Source: Promethearchaeota archaeon (GTDB lineage: Archaea > Asgardarchaeota > Lokiarchaeia > Sigyniarchaeales > SOKP01). From it: DNA of 64,000 nt. This document shows positions 30,298-41,074 of this stretch, piece after piece; position 1 is the first letter of the stretch; every line of letters starts with the position of its first letter. The translations under genes and the position numbers were made by a program. The DNA is taken from assembly GCA_048938855.1 (NCBI GenBank), contig JBHLLT010000014.1, forward strand, positions 1-64,000, in the 5' to 3' direction. The notes below the pieces were generated by a model, which worked only from the letters and a program-made list of their open reading frames with translations, was not told the DNA's origin and searched no databases.

Positions 30298-31119
30298 TTA
30301 TTTCGAGGGTTCAATACTTTTAACTAGACTTGGAGTGCTAATATCAATACCATATCTTTTCATAGAATTCAAAATACTTAACCTTAAATCAGCTAATATT
30401 TTCATCAATAACCTTATATCACGAATAAATATGAAAAGAGTATATTCAACAGAGAAATTTTGAAATTCTGTTATCCCAACAAAGGGTTCAGGATCTTTTA
30501 GTACTTCTGGGATTGAGTTTGCGGCTTCTAATAAAGCCTTCTCTACTTTTTCATGATCTTCAGCATAATCTGCAGTAATTTTAATTCTTCTTCTAATTAC
30601 ATCTTTCTTGCCAAGATTTTCAGTTTCTTCTGAGATTAATTTCTGATTAGGAACTGAAATCCTTATACCATCGAAATCAATTAATATCGTAAAAATTAAT
30701 TTGATTTCATGAACTTTCGCGATTTTATTGTTATACATTATATAGTCACCAACAACAAAGGGTCTACTTGACATAATTATAATTCCCGCAATTGCGTTTC
30801 CAAATGTATTGATTGCAGCAAAGCCAATAATAGTCCCTCCAACAAGTGTAAACAAAGAAGTAATTAAACCAATTGCCTCTACGAATTGGACAAGAATCAT
30901 GCTAATGATAATTAATATTATTACTATTTTTATGATTCTCTGTAGATTTCTTGCAGTTCGTTCCTCTAATTTTTCTTGTCTTTGAAGTCTTTTAACTTGT
31001 TTTTTAAAAATTATGTAAATTATCCATCCAATTACTATTGCAATAGCGACTGTTAAGATATTTAATAAATTATAAAAAATCCATCCAAATATGACATCAA
31101 TAATATTTTGAAATAGCAT
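30298..31119 (-). CDS. mscS: Small-conductance mechanosensitive channel
   Basis: 3 TMs; GFA..N..AG..I...RPFVVGDYI; VPN. Confidence 0.9.
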   Translation of the reverse strand: MLFQNIIDVIFGWIFYNLLNILTVAIAIVIGWIIYIIFKKQVKRLQRQEKLEERTARNLQRIIKIVIILIIISMILVQFVEAIGLITSLFTLVGGTIIGFAAINTFGNAIAGIIIMSSRPFVVGDYIMYNNKIAKVHEIKLIFTILIDFDGIRISVPNQKLISEETENLGKKDVIRRRIKITADYAEDHEKVEKALLEAANSIPEVLKDPEPFVGITEFQNFSVEYTLFIFIRDIRLLMKILADLRLSILNSMKRYGIDISTPSLVKSIEPSK

Positions 31120-31302
31120 TTAATTATCACTGATTTAGTTTTAAGATTTTATTTTGTATGATTACTTTTAAACAATTTTCGTATATTAAATAAATTCCAA
31201 AGATTTAACTATAAAGTTAAAATTTTTGTCTCAAAATCTTGGTTAATCAATGTTTTCCTAATTAAATTTATTAATATAGTTCCATAGGAAATTAGTTAAT
31301 TA

Positions 31303-32502
31303 GTGCTTAGTTTGGTTGGTTTATTTATGGAACGTAAAAAACTCCCTGAGCTGGATATTCTCCGAATAATTGCCATTTTAATTGTTGTAGTTTTGATTCA
31401 TATACCAAATAATTATGCATATCCTTTCGCTATGGATTATACTCCTTACCAAGGATTTATATTTCATACACTTGGAATTTACGTTGCTATGGGATCTTTA
31501 GTTTTTGTTTCGGGATTTGGGCTTTATTTGAATAAGAATAATAGAAGCATTAATAATACTAAAAAATTATTTGGCTTTCTTAAAAAAAGGTTTCTAAGAA
31601 TATTTCCCCTTTATTGGATTGCCTTGATCTTATTTATTATTTTTTTTGGCTATTGGGATCAGGGGTTTTTCTACATATTCGCACATGTTTTTGGAATACA
31701 AATGGTTGTTGCCCCAGCGTATAGTTGGGCTATTTGGACTCTTTGGTTTATTGGTATTATTTTGATTTATTATTTAGTATTTATAATCTTAAGTTCTACA
31801 GGCTCCATTAAATGGATAATACCTACTGCATTAATTATTCTATTTATATTTGCCATTATTCACATATATACTGGTCTATTTGAATACCGATTTTTCTATT
31901 ACTACCTTCTCTTTATTCTAGGCATAATCTCAGCAAATATCTATACATCATCACAATATACTCGAGTTAAGGATTTTATACAAAATAAACCAAAATATTT
32001 TCCTATAATTGTAGGATTTGGAACGGCAGCTCTAAGTATTGTAATATATTTAGGACTCACTCAATTCTGTTTCTCTTACTTTAATTCTGAATATGGGACA
32101 TCATTTTTACACGAAATTTTGGATTTACAACCTGGTATAATTGAATCTGCATCAGTGATCCTATTATTTAATCTGATAATTATAATTTATATCACTTTTA
32201 TAGTATCATTATCTTATGCTTTTATAAAATCATTTAAGCTTCTACTCCCAAGAATTAAAATAGATAAAATTTTTTCTACAGTCGCTTATTCAACTTTTTG
32301 TGTTTATTTATTCCATAGGATTTTTCTTGTTATCTATACTTCTATTCTTTCGGAAGGTTTGAATATAGATATATTTGCGTTAGAAAATCTATATTTAGTT
32401 TTATTATTTGTACCTTTTATTTTTCTATTTTCATATTTCATTCAAAAAGTATATGATAGAATTTTAAAAATGTTTTCTAGGAAAAGAGTAGAATCAAATT
32501 AA
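31303..32502 (+). CDS. Acyltransferase-3 (OafA-like) membrane protein
   Basis: LDILRIIAIL.V..H, FVSGF, KRFLRIFP.YW, LWFI, VYLFH. Confidence 0.88.
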   Translation: MLSLVGLFMERKKLPELDILRIIAILIVVVLIHIPNNYAYPFAMDYTPYQGFIFHTLGIYVAMGSLVFVSGFGLYLNKNNRSINNTKKLFGFLKKRFLRIFPLYWIALILFIIFFGYWDQGFFYIFAHVFGIQMVVAPAYSWAIWTLWFIGIILIYYLVFIILSSTGSIKWIIPTALIILFIFAIIHIYTGLFEYRFFYYYLLFILGIISANIYTSSQYTRVKDFIQNKPKYFPIIVGFGTAALSIVIYLGLTQFCFSYFNSEYGTSFLHEILDLQPGIIESASVILLFNLIIIIYITFIVSLSYAFIKSFKLLLPRIKIDKIFSTVAYSTFCVYLFHRIFLVIYTSILSEGLNIDIFALENLYLVLLFVPFIFLFSYFIQKVYDRILKMFSRKRVESN

Positions 32503-32584
32503 ATGGGTTAACGTCTTTTTCCTATATATTCCATTTGAGGAAGCAAACTTTAAAATGGTATATATCTATTAGATATTTGTTAAG

Positions 32585-33532
32585 TTGAATAAAGCGATTT
32601 CCCTCCTTAAATTAGTCACTAAAGAAAATATTACTAAAGGATTTTTTTATGGTACATATTATTTAAAACACATAATAAAAAAATTTCCCTTAGGCGTAAA
32701 CTATGATTTAACTTGGCAATGCAATTTAAAATGTAAACATTGCTATTTCTATTCATCTGTTGAAGAACTAAGCAATGTTTCAGAAAGAAATATTAAGGAA
32801 CTAACTGATGAGCAATGGATAAATGTATTCAAGTATCATAGGGATTTGGGAATCAGAAGTGCTTCTTTAACAGGAGGAGAGCCGACTCTTAGAATGAATT
32901 TATTGCATAAAGCTTTAGACATATTTCCTTCTATTCAAATTGCTTCAAACGGTATTATCAAATTACCTTGGTTCAATCATCATAAACAACCTATATACTG
33001 GGTAAGCTTAGATGGAGGAGAAGATATGCATAATCATATTCGGGGAGCTAATATTTTTCGAAAAGTAATTGAAAATATAAAGGATGACAAAAGAGTATTA
33101 ATATCTACAACTATTACTGCTATGAATTACAAGGAAATTGAAGAAGTGGTCAAAATTGCATATAATATAGGAGTTTCAGGAATATTTTTTTTAATGTATA
33201 CCGGATATCCCAATGATCCTTTATTAGTTAAAGGTATAAAATTGAAATCCGTTATTGAGAATATATTAAAAGTCATGAAGAATTTTGGTGATTTTATATT
33301 ATTCTCTAAAAAAATGCTTGACTTGTATATTACTAAAGAATTTGTACCACACTGTATTTTTAAACGGGGTGTCATTAAAAGTTATTACCCAAATGGTCAG
33401 CGGAAATTTTGCGTAATGGGTAATTCTCCATTGTTATGTGAAAATTGCGGTTGTATTGTGCCTGTAGCTTCTTATGCACTCTCAAAACTAGATTATGAAA
33501 CTGTTGAAAAAATAAAGAAATTTCCTTTTTAG
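32585..33532 (+). CDS. Radical SAM protein
   Basis: CNLKCKHC, TGGEP, SLDG; C-terminal Cys cluster (C..CENCGC). Confidence 0.9.
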   Translation: MNKAISLLKLVTKENITKGFFYGTYYLKHIIKKFPLGVNYDLTWQCNLKCKHCYFYSSVEELSNVSERNIKELTDEQWINVFKYHRDLGIRSASLTGGEPTLRMNLLHKALDIFPSIQIASNGIIKLPWFNHHKQPIYWVSLDGGEDMHNHIRGANIFRKVIENIKDDKRVLISTTITAMNYKEIEEVVKIAYNIGVSGIFFLMYTGYPNDPLLVKGIKLKSVIENILKVMKNFGDFILFSKKMLDLYITKEFVPHCIFKRGVIKSYYPNGQRKFCVMGNSPLLCENCGCIVPVASYALSKLDYETVEKIKKFPF

Positions 33533-33605
33533 CTTATGATGGATAATAATTAAAAGCTTCTATGGATTTAACAAGAATAATTCAAATTATTTTGGTATTA
33601 ATCCT

Positions 33606-34163
33606 ATGAAAATTATCCAAATCTTCAGTAAAGACTACCCAAATAATAAAACATCCTTATTTACTTATGAATCGGATTTTTATTATGATATAAAAATTCA
33701 GACAATTAGCAATAGAAAAGGATGGAAAATCAATATTCAGGAAAAAAGATTTCAAACACCATATAAAAAACATATTGAAGAATTATTATTCAACGATTCT
33801 GTAAAAGAAGCAGAATATTATGTTGCACTAAACGAGGACGGTTTGGAAATTGGATGGATTTGCATATCTCCACAGAAATGGAATAATACTGCGAGATTAT
33901 GGAATATAGACGTGAAAAAAGAGTATAGAAGACAAGAGATAGGAAAAAAGCTATTAAACTATGCAATATCAAAAGCGAGAAAATGGAATTGCAGAGCTTT
34001 AATTCTGGAATGTCAAAGTTCGAATTATCCTGCAATTTCGTTTTATTTCCAAAATGGCTTCAATTTAACAGGATTTGATCTTATTGCATATTCAAATGAA
34101 GATATTGAAAAGCATGAAGTCCGGTTAGAAATGTCAAAAAAACTCAATTCCAACTCAAAATAA
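33606..34163 (+). CDS. GNAT acetyltransferase (streptothricin acetyltransferase-like)
   Basis: WNNTARLWNIDV..YRRQEIG; LECQSSNYPAISFY..GF.L.GFD. Confidence 0.88.
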   Translation: MKIIQIFSKDYPNNKTSLFTYESDFYYDIKIQTISNRKGWKINIQEKRFQTPYKKHIEELLFNDSVKEAEYYVALNEDGLEIGWICISPQKWNNTARLWNIDVKKEYRRQEIGKKLLNYAISKARKWNCRALILECQSSNYPAISFYFQNGFNLTGFDLIAYSNEDIEKHEVRLEMSKKLNSNSK

Positions 34164-34186
34164 AAATAATAAAATTTAATATTAAA

Positions 34187-35278
34187 TTAACTTATTTTTG
34201 GAGGAGGTATAAAAACTCTCCTCATTTCCGTACGCTCCAAATTAATTGCATTTTCAGGGCATAAATGAGCACAAACACCACATCCTAAACATCTATCTTC
34301 ATTGACAACCGCAACAGTGTCGATGAGTTCAATAGCTTCAGCAGCACAATTTTGCTCACAAGTTCCACAAGCAGTACATAAATCTTCATCAACATGAGCT
34401 AGATGTGAGGTTAAATCCATTAAGGGAACCGCTCCATTATAATGTAGTAGAAAAGTCCCGCAACAGCATTTACAACAATTACAAATACCATCTAGATCCT
34501 TATTTATATCCAAATTTGTATGAAAAGCTTTATGAACCAATCCTTCATCTTCAGCTTTTTTCATTATTTCCATAGTCTCTTCTTTTGAGATTCTTTCTAT
34601 AAACCCATGCTGAATAAGAAATTCAGCAGTTCTACCAAAAGCAAAACAATTTCTTCTTTCTTTTGTTGTTTCACATGGTTCATCAAGAAGATCTTTCTTA
34701 TGTCTGCAATAACACACTGTCACTCCTATTGGATCATGATTTTCAACAATTTTCGAAATTTCTTCTAAGGGTAACACAACCTCATCCTTTACTATTACTT
34801 CTTCTTCAACAGGAACAACTCTATCAAGTGAAGGTCCGGTTTTAAATTCCTGAACCATTTGATCGTAATTATTTTGAGTATCTTGACTTACTTGTTCATA
34901 TAATCTTGAATATAACCTCGCTAAATTTTTTGCTCTATCATCAGTTTCACCACGCATTAGGGTAAATTCAATAATTCCCGGGAGTAAGGGAGTCTTCCGA
35001 TAAACCATAACCCCTGTACTTCTGCTGGGAATACCAAAAATCACACCTATGTCCATTAAATCATTTAGCATCTTATTAAGAGTCTCTTCATCCATATCAG
35101 TTAAGGGTTTTATCTCATCAAGGTTGTAAGAACGTTTTTTTAATACTGTAATAAATTTTGCTTGTTCTTCAGTTAGTAAGGTTTGCATTATTTCTGTAAT
35201 AATATCACTTACGCGTAAAGGTAGCCTTCCTGCTTTGATAAAACTTCGGGCAACTTTATACCATAATTTTTCAGACAT
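34187..35278 (-). CDS. 4Fe-4S binding protein (HTH-like N-terminus, CxCR/CNCC, C-terminal ferredoxin)
   Basis: CYCRH, ICNCCKCCC, CTACGTCEQNC, CLGCGVCAHLCP. Confidence 0.85.
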   Translation of the reverse strand: MSEKLWYKVARSFIKAGRLPLRVSDIITEIMQTLLTEEQAKFITVLKKRSYNLDEIKPLTDMDEETLNKMLNDLMDIGVIFGIPSRSTGVMVYRKTPLLPGIIEFTLMRGETDDRAKNLARLYSRLYEQVSQDTQNNYDQMVQEFKTGPSLDRVVPVEEEVIVKDEVVLPLEEISKIVENHDPIGVTVCYCRHKKDLLDEPCETTKERRNCFAFGRTAEFLIQHGFIERISKEETMEIMKKAEDEGLVHKAFHTNLDINKDLDGICNCCKCCCGTFLLHYNGAVPLMDLTSHLAHVDEDLCTACGTCEQNCAAEAIELIDTVAVVNEDRCLGCGVCAHLCPENAINLERTEMRRVFIPPPKIS

Positions 35279-35347
35279 TTTTAATCAACATCCTATTATA
35301 TATAATTTAAGTAAAGTAATAGCTAAAAAAAATACTTTTGAAGTTAT

Positions 35348-35668
35348 TTATTTGACTATTTTTAATAATTTAATGATCTCTTTTTCCTCTATTTCCTCTA
35401 AAGTTTTGATTTTAATATGTCTTGTTGTTCTACCGCTTCCTTCAAATAGTGCAATCTCTTCTTTTGTTAAACCCGTAATCGAGAAACCCAAATTAACGTG
35501 CACTTTTAAAGCTACGATATAATATTTATTTCCATAATAAGGTACACCGTACTTCATTTCCTCGATAATATCTGGAAAAGTATTTAATATAATTTCTCTT
35601 AGTTTCCGGCAAATTTCTTTATGAGGAGATTTCTGTTTTTCAATATATTCACTAACTTTTTTATCCAT
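35348..35668 (-). CDS. DUF1801/YdhG-like protein
   Basis: V.EYIE..LREII..EEMKYGVPYY..HVNLGF..EGSG..RHIKI. Confidence 0.85.
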   Translation of the reverse strand: MDKKVSEYIEKQKSPHKEICRKLREIILNTFPDIIEEMKYGVPYYGNKYYIVALKVHVNLGFSITGLTKEEIALFEGSGRTTRHIKIKTLEEIEEKEIIKLLKIVK

Positions 35669-35806
35669 AGTCTTGTTTTAAATACGGTATTAATTTAACT
35701 TTTTCCAAAATAATTATCTTAGGTTATAAAGTTCTTTTTATTTATTCTTTAATTTTAAAGACCTCTCAAAAGCTATGTCCTATTATGATAAAAAAAATTC
35801 GTAAGA

Positions 35807-35861
35807 TTTAAATATGTCAATGAATATATAATAAGTAGATATTGTCAACCTCACGTTGACA
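35807..35861 (+). promoter_or_regulatory. hsp20 promoter: TATA box plus inverted repeat TGTCAAC-N5-GTTGACA
   Basis: TTTAAATA at 35807-35814, half-site TGTCAA at 35815-35820, perfect inverted repeat at 35843-35861. Confidence 0.55.
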
Positions 35862-35916
35862 TAGAATATAAAAAAATCAAAAATCACAATAAAAATTGAA
35901 ATAAGAGGTGGATTTA

Positions 35917-36474
35917 ATGTCTGAAAAAATTGATGTTAAGAAAAAAGAAAAAAGTAAAGAAGCGAAAAAAGAAGATCAAAAATCAAGAGAAATTACTGTA
36001 AGAAGGGAAAGTCCATTTTCATTATTTCAAGAAATGGATCGACTATTCAACGATATGCAGCGTAATTTCTTTGAAGATTGGCCATTTGGATTTAAGCGTC
36101 AGCGACCGTTTTCGTTGATAATAAGAGATGATGAACCTATTTTTAGAACTCCTTTATCAAACATTACAGAATCTGATGGATTCTTTAATATTAGTGCAGA
36201 ATTACCTGGTTTAGACAAAAGAGATATCGAAATTGCAATACAAGATGGAACTTTAGAGATTAAAGGTGAATTAAAAGAAGAAAAGAAAGAAGAAAAAGAA
36301 GGGGAATTAGTTAGGAGAGAATATCGTTCATCTAGTTATTACCGCTGCTTTACATTGCCGGACAACATTGATGAGAACAAGATTGACGCTTCTCTCGATA
36401 AGGGAATCTTAACAGTAAAGATTCCAAAGGTTGAGCCTGTAGTGCCAGAAAAGAAGAAAATTGAAATAAAATAA
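35917..36474 (+). CDS. Small heat-shock protein Hsp20/alpha-crystallin
   Basis: AELPG..K.DI.I; R.FTLP..IDE..I.ASLDKGIL.VKIPK; C-terminal IEI; ATG at 35917 after GAGGTG. Confidence 0.95.
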   Translation: MSEKIDVKKKEKSKEAKKEDQKSREITVRRESPFSLFQEMDRLFNDMQRNFFEDWPFGFKRQRPFSLIIRDDEPIFRTPLSNITESDGFFNISAELPGLDKRDIEIAIQDGTLEIKGELKEEKKEEKEGELVRREYRSSSYYRCFTLPDNIDENKIDASLDKGILTVKIPKVEPVVPEKKKIEIK

Positions 36475-36523
36475 AGTATCTATTAATAAATCATTCTTTT
36501 ATTTTTTTCTTAACCTTCTACTG

Positions 36524-37642
36524 TTACTCTTTTTTTACTAAAAGCTCCATACAATTTAAATCTTCTATGGTGCAAAGGGTATTTTCTAAGCTATACAACC
36601 ATTCTATTGGAGGCTTACCCACACACCACCACAAGATAATTCTGTAAAGGTTTAATAAAGCAAATAATTTGTAATCATACCAACAATCATCCCAGCTATA
36701 GTCTTTTATGTCTAGCTTTAGAAGTTCGTTATGATAGCGTTTAATAAGATCCATTTCCATCAAATGTCTATAATCAGAATAGTAAAACAGCCCTATCATG
36801 TATGCTAGATCTTGACATCCAACACCAATACCCCACGATTGCCAATCAAATAAGATAGCTCTAGATTTTTTACTTGCCATATCTTTAGGAAAAAAAAAGT
36901 TCCCTAAGTGAGCATCAGCATTAATAAATGTTATATTCTCTTTTTTAATTCGTTCATAGGCTACTTGAGGATATAATGAGAATACAGATTTAACTACCTC
37001 TTTTCTATTATCACTTATTTTATCTCCTAAGAATTCTAGAAATTGGCTTATTGTTCTTTTTTTAAAGGGACAAGGATTTTTAAACCATTTAAAAATTTCT
37101 TCCTCATTAAAAGAATTTTCTTTAAAATTGTAAAGTACATATGAGTGTTTAGAGAGTTCTTTTAATTTGGGATGATCCCTCCAAAAAGCATGGATTTCTG
37201 CCAAACAATCAATTGCTTTTTCAAAATATCGTTTTGCAGGAGGATAATCACAAACTCCTAAATGAGTTTTCGATAAATCTTCAAGGATAATATGAGACCA
37301 TCCCGATTCTTCAGAAACCGCCGCATCATAACATGTCGGAATTGTTCCTTGATTCATGGTTTCAGCTATCATGCTATAGAATTTTACTTCATGCGTACCT
37401 AAATTTTTGAAAATACGTTTGGGGGTTTTTACAACGATATAAGGGATAGATGGTTCCCTTTGAGCATCATTAGAAAATTTTACCTTCAAAAAATGAATAT
37501 TAGAACTGAGAGTAACTTCCGAATGGTTCAAGATTATTCTTGCTACCTTTCCTTGGCTAAGGTAGCCTTTATTTTTAAAAATAGTCGTCATCCACTCTGG
37601 TGTTAAGTGATCTATATTAGTAATTACTTTATTCTCTTTCAT
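36524..37642 (-). CDS. APH/EcKinase-like phosphotransferase
   Basis: VVK, EVKFY, ILEDLS, NADAHLGN, FDWQ, DLAY. Confidence 0.85.
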   Translation of the reverse strand: MKENKVITNIDHLTPEWMTTIFKNKGYLSQGKVARIILNHSEVTLSSNIHFLKVKFSNDAQREPSIPYIVVKTPKRIFKNLGTHEVKFYSMIAETMNQGTIPTCYDAAVSEESGWSHIILEDLSKTHLGVCDYPPAKRYFEKAIDCLAEIHAFWRDHPKLKELSKHSYVLYNFKENSFNEEEIFKWFKNPCPFKKRTISQFLEFLGDKISDNRKEVVKSVFSLYPQVAYERIKKENITFINADAHLGNFFFPKDMASKKSRAILFDWQSWGIGVGCQDLAYMIGLFYYSDYRHLMEMDLIKRYHNELLKLDIKDYSWDDCWYDYKLFALLNLYRIILWWCVGKPPIEWLYSLENTLCTIEDLNCMELLVKKE

Positions 37643-37772
37643 TTTTCTACATCAAATGTCTTAGATCTTTTTAGAAAAAGAAGAATGTTCAGGATAGAAA
37701 AATTTATTTTTATTATCCAACAACATTTCCTCAGTATTATATTTATAAGATCCTAGTTATTGGAAAAAATTA

Positions 37773-39053
37773 TTATCTTTCTTCTTGTAGTAAATCTAAG
37801 ATTCTATTTTTTGAATTTACTTCCATGAAGTTCACCTTTTGAGCATTGTGTCTAGATTCAAGGTAATGAAAATTGAAATACATTTTTCCTCTCATTGTAT
37901 AAACTAGGACTGTGATTGCTCCCAACGCAAAGGATATTGCTCCATAAAATGATTCTATCGAAAACTTTTTGGAATCTAAATCAATACCCAATCGATCTAG
38001 AGACCCTAAATTTGTAATTGCAAAAGCTTCTTGAGGAACTACTACTTCGAAAAATAAAGGAGCTAGTTCTTTGAGGACATTTATTGAGACTCCTATATGA
38101 ACTATTTTGTGGATTTTGTACACATTTTTATCTCGTAAGGATAAACGCAATTTCTTTTGATACCTTTTAACGTTTTTCCAGAAATCATATTTATCTTTAT
38201 ATTTCATTTTCACTATAGCTGCACCCGCGTATAATCCAAAAGCTTCGCCAATTGGATAATTTAATCTCCCTCTCAGATTTACTGGGTTATTAATAATAGA
38301 GATCTCTGGCAAGAACGCAGTACAGATCGCACTATGAACTGAAACCCGTCTCATTTTACATAGGTGAATAAACAGATCAGTCTCCTCTTTAGATAAGTTC
38401 CATGAAATTAACCTCAAATCATTCTCCTTATAATCAGAAGCATAATGTAGGTTTTCTTTTCTTGTACCATGTCTGAGAAAGTAATAAGTTTTTAAGAAAA
38501 ATAAGAAAAATTTAGCGCGAAAAGCAGATTTTGGGATTTTCTTTCTGATTTTTGAGGGAAAAATATCTTCTTTATTCATTGGTGAATTGATTGGAGATAT
38601 TTCAATATTAGGATCATTTAAAAAGTCAATGATATCTCTCATTAAAAAAGCCATAGACAAACCATCAGTAATTGTATGCTGAGCACAAAGTATCAGATCA
38701 CTTCTTTCTAAAGAATGAAGAAGAGTGACTCGAAATAGAGGTTTTACAGGATCGGTCATGTCGAATGGCGTTTCGAGATTTTTAAGAAATAATTTAGTAG
38801 TTTTTGACTCATTTTCAAATTTTAATGCTTTGATAGGGATTTCCTCAACATTTTTTGAGGTAAACCAGTAAAAATCTTCACTATTGCCTTCAATTCGGAC
38901 TTTTAGTAATGGATGTTTTTCTTGAGCTTTCTCTAAGGCCAACTTTAGTTCATCTTCGAAGATTGAGCCCCTAATCGATAATACAACGACTAAATTGTAA
39001 GGTTGTCCAAGAGAGTAATTAAAATATTCTAAATCATTAAGTCTTCTTTCCAT
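37773..39053 (-). CDS. Condensation-domain / alcohol acyltransferase (PapA5-like)
   Basis: KHPLL, PLFRV, QHTITDGLS (HxxxDG), PVNLR, TNLG. Confidence 0.85.
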   Translation of the reverse strand: MERRLNDLEYFNYSLGQPYNLVVVLSIRGSIFEDELKLALEKAQEKHPLLKVRIEGNSEDFYWFTSKNVEEIPIKALKFENESKTTKLFLKNLETPFDMTDPVKPLFRVTLLHSLERSDLILCAQHTITDGLSMAFLMRDIIDFLNDPNIEISPINSPMNKEDIFPSKIRKKIPKSAFRAKFFLFFLKTYYFLRHGTRKENLHYASDYKENDLRLISWNLSKEETDLFIHLCKMRRVSVHSAICTAFLPEISIINNPVNLRGRLNYPIGEAFGLYAGAAIVKMKYKDKYDFWKNVKRYQKKLRLSLRDKNVYKIHKIVHIGVSINVLKELAPLFFEVVVPQEAFAITNLGSLDRLGIDLDSKKFSIESFYGAISFALGAITVLVYTMRGKMYFNFHYLESRHNAQKVNFMEVNSKNRILDLLQEER

Positions 39054-39383
39054 CAGAATCTAACTCATTTATTGAGAAAATATTTCAATGAAATTACGTT
39101 TTTCAAAAATATTTATAGTATAAGTATTTATTCATCTGTTTTAATTTTAACTCATACTCTTTCTTCTTTTGTTTGTATTATACAATGAAAAATTTATTGG
39201 TCTTTTTTTTATATATAGGCCATATCATATCAGATACTTCTCATAATTCTATTTAAAATTCTGAACTATTATTTTAAATTGCTTTTCAAATCAAATTTAA
39301 AATTTAATTGTTTTTATTAAATTTTTTTTAGTTAGCAAGATTATTATAACAAAAGTTAAAAAACGTAATGAGTGAAATTATTA

Positions 39384-41057
39384 ATGTTTGATAAAAATTA
39401 TTTATATAAAATTCAACAAAAAAAGGAAACATGGGAGAAAAAAGTCAAAGACGCAAAAGAACGCAATGTAAAATTTGTTACTGATTCTGATATTCCTATA
39501 AAGCAATTATATACGCCTTTAGATGTTAAAGGAGATTATTTTGAAAATGTAGGCTTTCCAGGATTGCCTCCCTTTACAAGGGGAGTATATCCAAACATGT
39601 ATCGTGGAAGACTTTGGACCATGAGGTTATTTTCTGGCCATGGAACTCCTGAGGAAACAAATAAAAGATGGAAATTTCTCTATGAAAATGGAGAGACTGG
39701 TTTTAGTGCTGCAGTGGATGCTCTAACGTTTAATGGGATTGATCCTACCAATAAAGATGGAGCTCCAGAAGTTGGAACATCAGGAGTGCCACTATATTGT
39801 ATAGACAGTCTTTTTGCTCTTACGGAGGATATTCCAATTGATAAAATAAGTGTTGCATTAGTTGTAGAGCCTTTTACATGTGCTCCTGTATGTTCAATGT
39901 ATTTCAATATGGCACAAATGCGCGGATATGACCTCAAACAATTGATGGGAACAACGCAAAATGATATACTTACAATGACAGTTGGATATATTCCATATAA
40001 GAATAGTCCTCCTAATCATATTCTCCGGCTGGCTTGCGATTTTATTGAGTGGACAGTTGCCCAAAAAAATGTACCACAATGGCACCCAATTAATTTCACA
40101 GGTTATAATTATCGAGAGGGAGGAATTGATGCAGTACAAGAACTTGGTTTCGTATTCGCAAGTGCCTGTTCTCATATCGATAACATAATTGAGAGAGGGT
40201 GGAAAGCTGACGATTTTGTTGGGCGATTAGCATTTCATTTAGCAGCTCATAAAGACTTCTTTGAAGAAGTTGCTAAATTTAGAGCAGCAAGAAGAATTTG
40301 GTATAAATTAATGAAAGATAAATATGAAGTCAAAGATCCTAGAAATTTAGGCTTTCGATTCCATGTTCAAACCGCAGGTTCTTCCTTAACAGCTCAATCA
40401 CCAAAAATTAATATTGTAAGAACTGCAATCCAAGCATTAGAAGCTAACTTAGGTGGATGTCAATCATTACATACAAATTCTTATGATGAAGCTATTTGTT
40501 TACCCTCGGAAGAAGCAGCTTTAGTTGCTTTAAGAACTCAACAAGTAATTTCAGATGAAACTCGAATTCATAATACTATAGATCCTCTCGCTGGTTCATA
40601 CTTTATTGAATGGTTAACGGATGAAGTTGAGGAGAGGGTATGGAAATATATTGATAAAATCCAATCAGTAGGTGCTATCGATAAAGCTCTTTCTACAGGG
40701 TTTTTATATAAAGAGATGAGAGATGCATTTCATAAACGAAGAGTGAAACTCGAGAGTGGTGATGAGATAATGTTAGGTGTAAACAAATATATTGTGCCTT
40801 ATGACACTGTTACAGATGTTTTTAGAACAAATAAAGAAGCAATGGATATTGAGGTAAGAAGAATTGAAAAATTAAAAGCTCGAAGAGATAATGCGAAATT
40901 AGAAAAGATCTTTGACAAACTGAGAGATGTTTGTGAAAAAGAAGAAAATGTAATGCCCGTCGTTATGGAAGCTACCAAAGAAGGAGCAACTTGCGGGGAA
41001 GTGTGTAATATATACAGGGAAATCTGGGGAACTTGGGATCCTCCTTTAGCAATTTAA
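39384..41057 (+). CDS. B12-dependent acyl-CoA mutase, substrate-binding large subunit (divergent MCM/ICM family)
   Basis: FPG.PPFTRGVYPNMYRGRLWTMR, QND, FHVQTAG, QSLHTNSYDEA, DPLAGSY. Confidence 0.93.
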   Translation: MFDKNYLYKIQQKKETWEKKVKDAKERNVKFVTDSDIPIKQLYTPLDVKGDYFENVGFPGLPPFTRGVYPNMYRGRLWTMRLFSGHGTPEETNKRWKFLYENGETGFSAAVDALTFNGIDPTNKDGAPEVGTSGVPLYCIDSLFALTEDIPIDKISVALVVEPFTCAPVCSMYFNMAQMRGYDLKQLMGTTQNDILTMTVGYIPYKNSPPNHILRLACDFIEWTVAQKNVPQWHPINFTGYNYREGGIDAVQELGFVFASACSHIDNIIERGWKADDFVGRLAFHLAAHKDFFEEVAKFRAARRIWYKLMKDKYEVKDPRNLGFRFHVQTAGSSLTAQSPKINIVRTAIQALEANLGGCQSLHTNSYDEAICLPSEEAALVALRTQQVISDETRIHNTIDPLAGSYFIEWLTDEVEERVWKYIDKIQSVGAIDKALSTGFLYKEMRDAFHKRRVKLESGDEIMLGVNKYIVPYDTVTDVFRTNKEAMDIEVRRIEKLKARRDNAKLEKIFDKLRDVCEKEENVMPVVMEATKEGATCGEVCNIYREIWGTWDPPLAI

Positions 41058-41074
41058 TTTTTGAGGTGTAAAGC

